A stretch of 59,554 nucleotides of DNA from a virus (lineage: Duplodnaviria > Caudoviricetes), in the IMG/VR virus record IMGVR_UViG_3300027644_000013, positions 1 through 59,554 of that record, one strand, 5' to 3'. The translations under genes were made by a program, and so were the position numbers. Shown in pieces: positions 22,001 to 28,935 of this stretch. The notes beneath the pieces were generated by a model that saw nothing but the letters and a program-made list of their open reading frames with translations, was not told the DNA's origin and ran no database searches. Position 1 is the first letter of the stretch. Every line of letters begins with the position of its first letter.

Positions 22001-25000
22001 TTACCGAAATGTACAGCGACAATCGTTTCCAAACCGAGATGGCATCGATACCAGGGCAAGCTGGAATTGAGATCAACGGAAACCTCAAAGAGTACATGCA
22101 AGCCTTGGCCGCCGAGCTTCCGCAAGAAGCTAGGAACGCAATGATGCAGAACTCGGCAATCAAGCCGACCATTCTGACCCAAGGGCAATCGGCCGCCTTG
22201 GAACTATCCAGCCAGCCATTCGACTTTATGAAGATGGTTGAGAATCTCCGCCAAGGGAACGTCGAGAAAAAGCTCGAACAGGCCACTCTGTTCTCTCGTG
22301 GAATCAAGATTCAAGACAAAGACAGGAACAACATTGATGTCCTAAAGAGCAAGCTCCTCCAGCTCCACAGAAAGAAGCACGGATCCTACCAGAAGGAGGA
22401 CGATGGTTATTATCGGCCAATTCCCCCACAGCAGTTATCCTCTCAAGAAGAGACTCTTTACACAATGCTGATGGACAAGGCTCGTGCGGAAAAGTGGCCT
22501 GGAATCGCTTTCCAATCAGACCTTATGGATGTTGAGACAACCACAAGGCCAGAGAATCTTGTCCTAGAACAGCAGTCGGCAGTCCCAGAAGTGGAAGCTC
22601 CAAAAATGGAGCAACTCTCCTTGTTCTCACGAGGGCTAATGGAATCTGTGTCTACCGCTCTGAATGAAAATTACCCCGCATCCGCGGCTATGGGCGTTAT
22701 GGATCGCAGGCCTTCGAATCCTAGGAACGAGATAAAGGCGCAAGCCTTAAAGGACTTTATTGAGAACGCAATGCTCCCAGAGTCATTTGAAATTAAATAC
22801 AAAGGCAAAGGATTAAATCCAACTCAGCTTCGCATTGAGTACCTCAAGCAAAATCCAGAAGCATTAAGGCGAATGCTTTATAAGGAGAGAGGCAAAAACC
22901 CTAGCAGTAAGCTCTTTTCACGAGGCCTACCAGCAGACCCAGCAGACCCGATGAACAACGGAGACCAACAAGCCCCGCTGAATGACCTACTGGCTTCATT
23001 CTTGGGTGCGTCTGGGAACATCATTACCGACGAAGAAATTGACGCCACCTACCAAAGGGCATCCGAAGAGAACGCCCCTTTTGAAGTCGGCGCACCCTAT
23101 GTAGGCCAAGATGTCCGTAGTGCTGGCCCATTCGCAAACGATCAGTTCCGTGATGTGCAAAGGGTAGCCAGAGAACTACGCAGACCCATTGATACAGTTG
23201 AGACTGACGCATCTGTTTTGGCGGCCGCCCGAGCCTTGGTCGCTACTCATAAGGCACAACTTTACGAGGATCTCCTTGAAGGGACTCTTGAGACATCGGC
23301 AACGAATCAAGCGGCGGTCTACCTAGCCCTTGCCGAGGATGCAAAGAACGCCAAGACACCAGAGGAACTCCGTGAAATTGCGATTCTCACAATGGCTAAC
23401 GATATCCAGAGGACAAATCTGGCTCGTGCAATGCGGATCGGGCGTGACAGCCAGATGACCCCAGAAGAGCGGAATCGGTCATTCTTCAATGCGGAACTCT
23501 ACAGAAGAAGCCCAGATTCTAACGAGCTGTACAGGAACGCCATCTCAAGAACGCTCAAAACGAGGTCGATTGCTTCCAACGAAGAGCAGATCCGCCTCCT
23601 CCAAGCCGAGCTAGACTTAGCAAGAAGCCAAGCTGGAGAAGCCTTTGAAGCAAACGAACAATGGCAGAAGTGGGGAGCGTATATGGAGGGACGGATTAAA
23701 GAGTTCCAAGACGCCAATCAGCTCTGGGCAGATCAGTTGGATAAATACCAAGTCCTAGAACAGGAATCCGCAAGGAAGATCGAGGCCTTACAGGCAGAGC
23801 TGGCAAAGGCAAATACCAGCCTCGAGCAGATGGATTGGGAGACAGCCCAGCTCAAGATCCGTGAGAGTAAATCAGCTCAAGACGTGCTGGATACTGTCCA
23901 AATGTCTGCAAATGATGCCGAAGCGATCCGACTCGTTATGGCTGGGATGGTTCCGATGGCGGCCGCTAAACAAGCTGGGATCAAGCCAGCCAGAGTGATG
24001 CAGTTGATGAAATCTCTTGAGACAAACACAAAGCAGAGGTTTGACCAAGTAGCTGGAGAGCTTGCGACCCAAGGGATCACACGAAGCCAGCTAAAAGCGA
24101 AGTTGACCGCATTTGCCAACGGAGCATCCCTGCGGTCTAGGGGTATCGAAGCCAACCAAGAAGAGGCTCCCCTCACCAAGGAAGAGATTTTGGCAGAGAT
24201 CGTGTCAGCTATGGGATTCGACTACGCAGGGCAGTCCGATACTTCTGGTAAGGCCGATTGGCACAATGTTGACGGCAAAAGCTCTCTGTTTGATTGGAGA
24301 AAGCCAAGCAACATCGGAGTTGCAATGCAGATGGTTCGTAGGTCGCAGGGCAAACAGGCCAGCGTTGGAGACGCAGTATTTGAAGCTCACGTTGCCCTTC
24401 TGGTATCCAGCACCTCGACCCAGCTCGCCAACATCGTAAAGACCCCCTTTGTTGCCACCAACCCCTTCTATCGAATGGTAGAGGCTGGGATGTCCTACCT
24501 TATGGGCAAGGCTGGGCTAAATGTAAGGCTTCCAGATGGCACGATTGGCAATCCATACGCCAGCGTGTCTGATGTAGTCAACGGAGCTACCGAGGAAGCG
24601 AAACTCGGATTTAAGGCGATGATGCCCTCAATTATGAACGGACTGCAGTACGCACGCTTGGCATTCAACACCGAAAAGCCTTTCTATAATATCGACCATA
24701 CCGATGCGACCCTTCTGGATGAAGGCGATCAGAAGTTCTATGAGAACGATCCCAAGATCCCTGGACCCCTTGGAAAGAAGATCCGCTTGCCCCTGCGAGC
24801 CTTGTTGGCCGCCGACGAGTTTGCCAAATCATTCACAGCTCAAACCCTTGTAGGATCTATCGCATTCAGAATGGCAAGGGCGAAGGGCCTCAAAGGCCAA
24901 GAGATTGTCGACTACGTGACAAACCAAGTGAACGAGTTTGGGTCTGACTCTTGGAAGATTGCGGTTGAGCGGTCTTCTCGTGAAACTCTTAACGAGGATG

Positions 25001-26409
25001 TAGCGGATAACAAGGATGAGCCATTTACATTCAAGAGACTCGGTAAGGCCGCCCCTCGAGCATTGAACAAGCTTAGCAAAGGCATCTCTGATCTTACCCA
25101 AAGCATCGAGAGCTGGGGCTATGACCCTAATAATGGAGCAAGGGCTGTCACCGCTCCTGTGGCCTTTACTGGGTCAATGGGTCTCCAAGTTCTTCGAGGC
25201 CTTACCCTGTTCGCCAGAATCTCCTACAATGTGCTGGCTCGTGGACTTGCCTTCACCCCTATCGGCCTCGCCGACTCAGCAATCGGAGCAATGAATTCCA
25301 TTAAGAAAAACAGAGAAGGCCAGAGGTTTATGGATCTGAGCAACTACGAGAACTCCGTAGCTGGGCTTACCGAGGGAGCGATTGGAACAGCAATTCTGAT
25401 GGCTCTGTTCAGAAGCATGGAAGGTGACAAGGATGACGATAAGAAGTTCCTGTTGATTACTGGCCCAGCCAAGGATGCTGATACTGCTGGAAGGACAACT
25501 AGGTACGGAAACAGATCCTATATGATCCGAGTTGGCGACAATGAGTTCGATATCAGCAGAATCGAGCCTCTTACATCGACCATGGCATTTGGAGTTGCCC
25601 TTTCAACCGCAGTAAAAGACGCAGTTAATCGTGGAGGTGGAATTGATGTATCCAAGAACCTATTCCTAGATTTTGGAAGAATCCTATCCCAGAAGACATT
25701 CGGAGGACAGCTACGGACAGGAAAGACCTTATTGAAGGGCGATTTGGCAGATCCATTGATTGATTTTGCGTCTGTGTTTACAGCCCCTCCATTAGCCAGA
25801 GGACTAGCGGAATCGTCGAAGGACTATGTATCCAGAACTAAATCGGAAGAGGCCACTATATTCAACAAGGACAGAATGCTGTCGAAGTTCGCCCCTGCTG
25901 TCGGAGCATACCCTTCAGCTACTGGTTACAGGACTCCATACGCTTACGACTATGAAGGCAAGAAGGTTGTTAAGCCGTTCACAGAGATCTTGCCCAACAA
26001 CACGGCTGGCAAGGTTGCAAAGTTCGCACTTAGGAATCTCTCCCCTGTCGCCGTCTACAAAAAGAAGCCAGCCTCCAAGCTCAATAGGTTTGTCGAATCG
26101 TACAACAGGCAACAGATCTCAACAGATGGGAAGACTTGGGTTCTTAACTCACCCAGAGCCGAGATCACAGATCCCTACAGCAAAAAGAAGGTTAGGTTGA
26201 CCCTGCGGGAACAGGAGACACTCAACTCCATCGTCCAGCCCCAGCTCCAAGCCTTGTTTGAGGTCAACATAACAGAGGCCGATATCGCCAACCCAACCGA
26301 CAAAAAGAAGCAAAGAATCCAGAATCTAGCTTCCCAGCTACGCAATAAATACGAGGAACAGATTATCAGACAGCGATATGCGATGGGCGACGCAAAGCAG
26401 ACAAAGTAG
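10087..26409 (+). CDS. 5440-aa large polyvalent (DarB-like) internal virion protein: ParB-like, strawberry-notch SF2 helicase, sigma-like and HExxH peptidase modules
   Basis: IQPRNR...GAPIL...VSGHGR (ParB-like); GHEMGVGKGR, ILDESH, FSSAT, QMLGRTNR (SBNO helicase); LASLADSDRKIFMMYVSGASYQQIS (sigma region 4-like); HEYKH plus HEFVTE (zincin). Confidence 0.85.
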   Translation: MGLPSELNPSVRPNRIQGTAFAGPEPDEADKLLARVRQKRQEEQEAKNQKPAPAPTYISRSDANKLNQIAKQEAKASEDRSNAQTERTLDTAGVRHRQVAGGGVEPKVTSDNKGMPTLEWGSGETPNELGGTTKYDEFGSPINKPEVPVQIKTGNKDYGEDPNAIYRVPMGKQVEGATPERDATRKSKRIGSIDELVDSDDEAIRTIARDERTGRDNKIYGEAFRGLKATEDELRAGIGDLKSQMETAKNSPPPPISEKATDEERAEYAKKIADEELARTKELNEKESQLAKHKMLQAELAKQKEKEATFNALMQRGQDVRKQGIVKADGTKSNDPKDDPIYRELQKSASSLNLGNLDPDAPALPKALEGMIPSVVNGMMIGLPESEEAKGVRKEAEQAKKSVDANLENRKQKLAEYTDEIKKPAVNARAVWTLLRKKTDLAIAQHNSLIESGASQDEIDASSRAIDVLEADLKGKLPSVIMSNQSLESAQSLEKDAIESAKQEAESQKAKVDYEANKTAGAVNQRKYLTGEAVKPKPANISPEAPTDSLMDMAKNKEIPTRVAIEASKEIKAKQKEASKYKDSDFYPDVLNTIKQAIKGSIRFNQDQASGFYALVGRQLGGSGGEFFLNASQAAKENRDWFDQTFPTDDDFNASIVGGVIKGISELPAQMMTYAAAAPLGGVGSVAVGYLGNVSSLYAEALADQEEAQKKTGIALTPSQSHVAALMYALPSAGIDTISDKLTLGLGKKLGLTKLPAAQARNLLAKYTLAGAKYLWPSVKGGAVEGVTEGLQQRWLNQIAKEIADYDPARDPNGEVARSIIIAAITGGFAVQATAGGEKVVRFADEYIAKIGATDEAQEGASFELQKATTDIEPGGWEAWTNSQGFGSPSDVVLNARPLAESEPEPEALKPANRLINIGNKLDSLKENADEMEYFAVRAHVAETISALAKAQNNTRNEISQLSDVPASKSELSQREAAKAASYIITGGQITEEMGSYKIKGMPIFQTREDGATILNPSFAEDFFKNVPSIVDYENIKSIIPAIEARVEALGMPATEGSSDEPEKVEKPLLENTPTKLLQRVGNKLAGTTSNERMQSAKEKTAELAKGLSVDGIKVGYEEGAITGQVSAMQVTPNEDGSLTLRLDPNQFALQDSIDPEVNNRAFGEEILHVGDFASAYIEAKALGLKPEEYQPYHAKRRGELFNKILEVGKSDTNVATALVSSISLYDPNMPTSMSMEEISDYVGGSTARTVQVMGEMLRQLGQIEGKSGLTESRIDLRLSAQGKDTTTMEKVTTGESIRDLINSIKKYIMSVYKALSRMRKALSSANPQVGAELDDTLNKIQDVLKGKKVDWTGLGVPSASVTGQRSGGLVQPNLPSTGANPRPTTAPAPEPPAPPAPPAPPAPPAPPAPPAPPAPPAPPVPPAPTTNGLPKLPSYLAGAKPRYGIGSNLFQLSFNNDIDKALYIIAQRNPSQRDADYLKFVMDATGMNEAEARQAGQDFRGVIKSNVMDVLLNPESEHFLDENGAVIIDPSEVAKKMMGENKLAPTPKKNTIKAFTQGFTGSTVIGTPKIIEATEAKDMEGTDIQPRNRKDRKAYKELIETMARNWDPDKAMPGTSTGDGAPILTAENKIVSGHGRIKAMIEMFRRYPERAAAYRAKLMEVFPEMADQIRNMKMPIVITEMDLMASFEESNKTATGLGVNKTPEQFLRRLAVRANAGTLATEELAVADAREIQDNPELRDIKQNENGDLSETPDNVAIQQKFFEIFGSPQQYRNNDETFTKSFKDRVTSALLADAIASSNNGKITDSEKIIISAITDPENSNAGVKTLAAALTKSVTRLVSLRQIATEVLGAEKASQLDPLVPIAKSLQAYLEAKRSGGENTPKDWQSFVENNRSQIPGLAENILDQTSADVFQPIYDFRDSSAKLSSYLNNLAAELEAKIQDLKDMGGTDIFGEPVPIASEETFGQTIQSAAQKAVEKTLAKTRLSSRGLPAPDPREEQIDKDQEKSDLQESWNPIGEEESKKIDGYYSLGLSSPANLAPEQRFAFDELVKEVGPIPQYVSKTLGIPLDKIFKRDDGEERLSAEALETIALAINQIDKGKSVIIGHEMGVGKGRPVGALIFTYAAKKGLIPVFVTKSEPLYVAMMDDIEDVGFEGQIKPLITNNNWSSMRSKGRPVTMKNPIQKLRLAAQSGKLPSEHNAIFTTYAQISSSAKKDVIPALNAIADRAIFILDESHTAAGTDSSIGEFFRSVIPRSRGAVFSSATAIKSPANIATYFPKTSIPMAVPTASEFERLAKRFGNPFMQMTSSMLARAGQMFRLQSGFTWKGQKIPFIPTPIKAKQEVIDAHNAANEILGEMRQIEIGEKMKKLTEQLVVDAQEEYEGTTAKALIYPLSGQFHNVAANMVLGAKIMDTADLAEAEIKAGRKAFISLDTTGETFLRDAREIMEGGTLQNYDKKSKVTFKDFMERYARKLNTNKVKIEPADEKSNAPALEFTIDWNKTNGKSRIPSWVSQKSIELHDSLMETGFKDLALIIKDNAETLNKLPISPFDALRAELQRRQILSGEISGRDIVVTPSGEFAQRSMTDQDKQNALLGFRNSENLRALVVGRPASTGMSAQDDPRNKVAAPRTHIVMQPAADITDTLQMLGRTNRNSQQSLPKLIYIYSEDIPAEARIMAMTQKKMRRLGASTTGKDATAAGENLGLDMLNTYGDNAVALVLANEPELRTAYNTRAGTNFPEKFEDIRRILTSGEPGDGMRRMIHKALILDIEDQRHFFEEITAEYVAMVDFAKQNGTYELESQEKDYKAEKLSDEKAWDAYGVASSDKTLPPKNADKFYFYLNKGDDFDLGEINSVGPVTLRELAKRQLESGESLEGITKDTIVSSNENMDSWTPLNEFLRDNPSANEEKSGEDAFAKPARIAKYRFNNPTPPPTSAEVIPTLEQAKQQAETAVSDFLKASDSVLKDKLARISSNPRMEQLAKVRALEKSRKQYAQTKNNVERALDLVGKGAWFGKDTKQIPAYVVGVELNNRFPHAESRQYLVIQTSGFENKIRIPLQASELAHVNPFKISLDKSPIGENEAPTRDPSVDPLSLPVGIYRNTDGSGLVVFMRGSRRVDVDNLPPEQLREVNAVAYEMAVQMHESGMEESEIENRVFNEAINKVLTTGDNALDPDSWNRYVEEKMPESRKGDGFGKTYDRSRQNATQRDQFVVEGNLLTGANFVSSMFGANVPAAVTTFTTKDGGKTTGVVMPAGVNSDNLINLKAEVAKGQGSLLGPVGKVMDNIIDEEGRPRSVVFSDGSMISGQSLYIPDKAFLDDKNEGYRKEALDNSNAIATMIVAKINQGHDAWMYRGPKNGFSLRSRGLRREAGQGRAKEQIVEGFLTDDNAKDFAPEGVIGRNIRYKAMKASDDGWLEAGNLGEDEIYENLYDYAIALQAQINERHGQNTKGELIENVPNFILSAVDNRIKQMQEEAKSRETISKDAPISGTFNEEGDVEQEEASVGDYMAQKEAPESNKELYDKLEKVLASLADSDRKIFMMYVSGASYQQISETPEAYKSRNVGNLIGEVAPDRSWTFKHIQSLKGQLAKYANFLGIEAPNAKEEPTEASPMEGFKAIEESKGQMTLFSRGLVSYLDKNAGNSVLFRDLLTAVANEPDALPSQRALAKLLTTPNTKQSMMTAGLYVPAEINPDPSFVRSYYKPAKEGNGMVVLSLNGIKNSGEPIETTIHEYKHVLTHNLLVKEGIGTATGKKELDRLVEYANRPDIEMDAEGNPLPLASGSKGGYKPLKALIKAYLAAVNASKDNAGNPVADAVFGTGLASTYDVTLHMAPYEWAIGQDGIHMKAEITSENTFPLLKYLKNRGLEGTRPMGRNSGMSLVASKGSPDFVFLNQTDEEALGGMETSGVQNTTLVLTPSGIEKLRQQDLEPLFYASYKVRATAPMFRTKVTDIQTDPQKVRSIYYGLGNIHEFVTEMYSDNRFQTEMASIPGQAGIEINGNLKEYMQALAAELPQEARNAMMQNSAIKPTILTQGQSAALELSSQPFDFMKMVENLRQGNVEKKLEQATLFSRGIKIQDKDRNNIDVLKSKLLQLHRKKHGSYQKEDDGYYRPIPPQQLSSQEETLYTMLMDKARAEKWPGIAFQSDLMDVETTTRPENLVLEQQSAVPEVEAPKMEQLSLFSRGLMESVSTALNENYPASAAMGVMDRRPSNPRNEIKAQALKDFIENAMLPESFEIKYKGKGLNPTQLRIEYLKQNPEALRRMLYKERGKNPSSKLFSRGLPADPADPMNNGDQQAPLNDLLASFLGASGNIITDEEIDATYQRASEENAPFEVGAPYVGQDVRSAGPFANDQFRDVQRVARELRRPIDTVETDASVLAAARALVATHKAQLYEDLLEGTLETSATNQAAVYLALAEDAKNAKTPEELREIAILTMANDIQRTNLARAMRIGRDSQMTPEERNRSFFNAELYRRSPDSNELYRNAISRTLKTRSIASNEEQIRLLQAELDLARSQAGEAFEANEQWQKWGAYMEGRIKEFQDANQLWADQLDKYQVLEQESARKIEALQAELAKANTSLEQMDWETAQLKIRESKSAQDVLDTVQMSANDAEAIRLVMAGMVPMAAAKQAGIKPARVMQLMKSLETNTKQRFDQVAGELATQGITRSQLKAKLTAFANGASLRSRGIEANQEEAPLTKEEILAEIVSAMGFDYAGQSDTSGKADWHNVDGKSSLFDWRKPSNIGVAMQMVRRSQGKQASVGDAVFEAHVALLVSSTSTQLANIVKTPFVATNPFYRMVEAGMSYLMGKAGLNVRLPDGTIGNPYASVSDVVNGATEEAKLGFKAMMPSIMNGLQYARLAFNTEKPFYNIDHTDATLLDEGDQKFYENDPKIPGPLGKKIRLPLRALLAADEFAKSFTAQTLVGSIAFRMARAKGLKGQEIVDYVTNQVNEFGSDSWKIAVERSSRETLNEDVADNKDEPFTFKRLGKAAPRALNKLSKGISDLTQSIESWGYDPNNGARAVTAPVAFTGSMGLQVLRGLTLFARISYNVLARGLAFTPIGLADSAIGAMNSIKKNREGQRFMDLSNYENSVAGLTEGAIGTAILMALFRSMEGDKDDDKKFLLITGPAKDADTAGRTTRYGNRSYMIRVGDNEFDISRIEPLTSTMAFGVALSTAVKDAVNRGGGIDVSKNLFLDFGRILSQKTFGGQLRTGKTLLKGDLADPLIDFASVFTAPPLARGLAESSKDYVSRTKSEEATIFNKDRMLSKFAPAVGAYPSATGYRTPYAYDYEGKKVVKPFTEILPNNTAGKVAKFALRNLSPVAVYKKKPASKLNRFVESYNRQQISTDGKTWVLNSPRAEITDPYSKKKVRLTLREQETLNSIVQPQLQALFEVNITEADIANPTDKKKQRIQNLASQLRNKYEEQIIRQRYAMGDAKQTK
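14248..14360 (+). repeat. (PPA)n proline-rich linker within the giant protein
   Basis: CCTCCCGCA tandem repeats encoding PAPEPPAPPAPP...PVPPAP. Confidence 0.9.
26386..26394. promoter_or_regulatory. TGCG(T/A)CGCA-type site 4
   Basis: GGCGACGCA; centre 26390 is 54 nt before portal ATG 26444. Confidence 0.65.
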
Positions 26410-26443
26410 TCGCACACCTCGCCATTGATGGTTGAAATCGAAT

Positions 26444-28669
26444 ATGGCTGAGAATCAAGTAGATAACCTCGTAAAGAAGGCCGAAGAACTCGAGAAGGCT
26501 CTTGATTCTGCTCGTAGTGGGCCAAACGCTCGGGCTTTGGGTGGCGGAAGCCCGACGGCGGTTGCCTTCCCAACAGCCTATAAGCTGACCGAGGAGCAGG
26601 AAAAGGAGCTGGTTCGCCACGCATCCGAACGCCTCCGCAAGCTCGAGGTTGAGATGGGGCGAAGCATCGTCCGTAATACTGCTTACAACACAAACCCAAC
26701 TTCCTTGATGGCCTTTGAGACTTTCTTGGGTCGCCGTCAGATCTACGAGTGGGTCTATGAGAACAATGTCTCGTGGCGTCCAGCGGTCATGGGCGGGATA
26801 TTTGAGCAGAGCAATCTTATCGTGCCTGTCACCCGCCGTATCGTTCGGCAAATGATCGCAAAGGCACAGAAATACTTCCTTGGAACAGATCCTTGGTTCT
26901 CTGCCCTGCCCGAAGGGGCGGCCGACAGGGACATCGCAGACAAGGTTGAGCGATATGCCCGCTACAAGTTCAACAGGCTTGGGGTTAAGGATGCGATGGC
27001 AATGGCTTTGCAACTGGCCTTTGTCCGTGGTGAATGCGTGGTCAAGACAACCCACGTTAAGAAAGAGCAAGTTTACCAGCGAAACGCCAAGGTTCTGGTG
27101 GATCTAAACGGCCAGCCAATCCTCGCAACGGACGGAGATTTCATCACCGACAAGGACAGCTTTGTCCCAGCCCAGAACGAAATCGGTGAGCCAATTATGA
27201 TCTTGAGGCGGGATATGGCGACGATTCAGCCCCCTGTTCCTGTGTTCATCGAACAAACGATCAGCCGAAAGGCAATTATCTCCGAAGGGCCAACTGCCGA
27301 GGCCGTCTACTACCAAGACTTTATCTGCCCTCTAAACGCAACATCGGTGGATGATGCCGACTTCGTGGCTCATCTTTATGATGCCCCTATTATGGAGCTG
27401 GCCGACCTCTACAATAAGAAAGGGTCGAAAAGCGAGGAGACCCCCGAAGAGGAGATGCTCCGAATCCAAGCGGCGATTGACCAGATCCGTATGTCTGCAA
27501 CCGAGTCTGGGATCCCCAAGACTGGTGCTAAACAGGCCAGAACAGAGCGTGGCGAGGCTTACGAGCCAAACAATACCTTCAATAACCCGACGATGGAGAT
27601 TGCGGAATGCTACTTGCGGTATGATGCGAACGGAGACGGAATCACCGAGGAAATTATGCTTCTGTTAGATGTTCGCAATCAGCGGGCAATCTTCTACGAG
27701 TATGTGGCTAATGTGACCTCCGATGGCCGTAGGCCTTTCACAGTAGTCCGAGTGAACCCTGTGGACGGACGCTGGTACGGAATGGGCGGAGTGGAGCAGT
27801 TCAAGACCTCACAAGACTTCATGGATCTGACCATTAACCGCCTCAATTTCAGCCAAAGCTCAAGCGGGCGAGTCACCTTCTGGCGACCAGATGCGACCTT
27901 TGAAGGGTCGGCAAATCCCAATCTGATTCTGAATTCTGGAGGCACTTATACGCTTCGCCCAGGCTTTGCGGCCGCCGATGCTTTGACCTATGTGGCTCTC
28001 CCAGAGTCCAAGGAAAAGGATCTCAATTTCATGCTCCAATACTTTACCCAGCTCGTCCAACTCGAGTCGGGTGTGATGACTGGTGGAGACCAAGAGTTCT
28101 CTGGTTTGCCATCGAGCAAACTCGCTACTGGCATCCGAAGCATTGACCAAGCGGGCAACGAAATGTTCTCGCAGTACCTAATGTCGCTAGAGCCAGCCCT
28201 GTCTCAAGTGGTCAATCGGCTTGTGTTGATCTTGCTGGACAACATGAACAAAAAGGAAATGTTCAACTACTTGGAAGGCGATGCACTCCAACTTGTGACG
28301 ATCACCCCAGAAGAAATTGCTGATATTAACATCAATATCCGCCTTCTACTGACCCGCTATCACGGAGAGCAACAGCTACAAAGCAACGCTCAAGCGGCGG
28401 GTCTTGTCACCCAGTTCTATGGATTGCCCCCAGAAGTTCAGCAGAAGGTCGCCCTGTTCTACAACCAGAGCCTCAAAGCCCTTGGGATCGTGGATGCAGA
28501 GTCGATCATTCAGCCCTTTGCCCCGCCTCCCACACAGAATGGGATGACTCCAGACGGACGAGTATTCGGCCAAGCTGGATCCCCTGGCTCACCTCCGCCT
28601 AGCGTTGGTGGAACGAAAAGTGTCCCTGTTGACGCTGGCCTAGCTGGCGGTAATCCGACACCCGCATGA
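26444..28669 (+). CDS. Portal protein
   Basis: ~740 aa; FICPLNATSVDDADFVAH, IAECYLRYDANGDGITEE, RPFTVVRVNPVDGRWYGMG typical of P22/N4-like portals; Pro/Gly-rich tail. Confidence 0.85.
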   Translation: MAENQVDNLVKKAEELEKALDSARSGPNARALGGGSPTAVAFPTAYKLTEEQEKELVRHASERLRKLEVEMGRSIVRNTAYNTNPTSLMAFETFLGRRQIYEWVYENNVSWRPAVMGGIFEQSNLIVPVTRRIVRQMIAKAQKYFLGTDPWFSALPEGAADRDIADKVERYARYKFNRLGVKDAMAMALQLAFVRGECVVKTTHVKKEQVYQRNAKVLVDLNGQPILATDGDFITDKDSFVPAQNEIGEPIMILRRDMATIQPPVPVFIEQTISRKAIISEGPTAEAVYYQDFICPLNATSVDDADFVAHLYDAPIMELADLYNKKGSKSEETPEEEMLRIQAAIDQIRMSATESGIPKTGAKQARTERGEAYEPNNTFNNPTMEIAECYLRYDANGDGITEEIMLLLDVRNQRAIFYEYVANVTSDGRRPFTVVRVNPVDGRWYGMGGVEQFKTSQDFMDLTINRLNFSQSSSGRVTFWRPDATFEGSANPNLILNSGGTYTLRPGFAAADALTYVALPESKEKDLNFMLQYFTQLVQLESGVMTGGDQEFSGLPSSKLATGIRSIDQAGNEMFSQYLMSLEPALSQVVNRLVLILLDNMNKKEMFNYLEGDALQLVTITPEEIADININIRLLLTRYHGEQQLQSNAQAAGLVTQFYGLPPEVQQKVALFYNQSLKALGIVDAESIIQPFAPPPTQNGMTPDGRVFGQAGSPGSPPPSVGGTKSVPVDAGLAGGNPTPA

Positions 28670-28935
28670 GCGATCCAGCCAGCCAACTGGCACTCATAGA
28701 GCGGTTAAAAGACAATTCTGGTTATAACGAGTGGTATCTCCCTGCCCTCTCAAGGCATCTGGAAGGTCTTAAAGAAGCGGTTTTAGAGGCTGGAATTACC
28801 CCAGAAGAGCGTCAAAACAGGCACTCAGCCTATATGGCAGTTAAGGAAGTGCTGGCTCTGGTTCCGTCACAGGAGGCCGCACTTTATAGGATTCTGCAAG
28901 GCCACGAATCACGGCCAGAGCCTCGTCGTAAGTAA
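28666..28935 (+). CDS. Small helical protein following the portal
   Basis: ATGA coupling; usual position after such portals. Confidence 0.7.
   Translation: MSDPASQLALIERLKDNSGYNEWYLPALSRHLEGLKEAVLEAGITPEERQNRHSAYMAVKEVLALVPSQEAALYRILQGHESRPEPRRK

Noticed and set aside
10148-26200. Many short alternative-frame and antisense ORFs inside the giant gene
   Set aside because: Shadow ORFs of a long coding frame, with no motifs or RBS support
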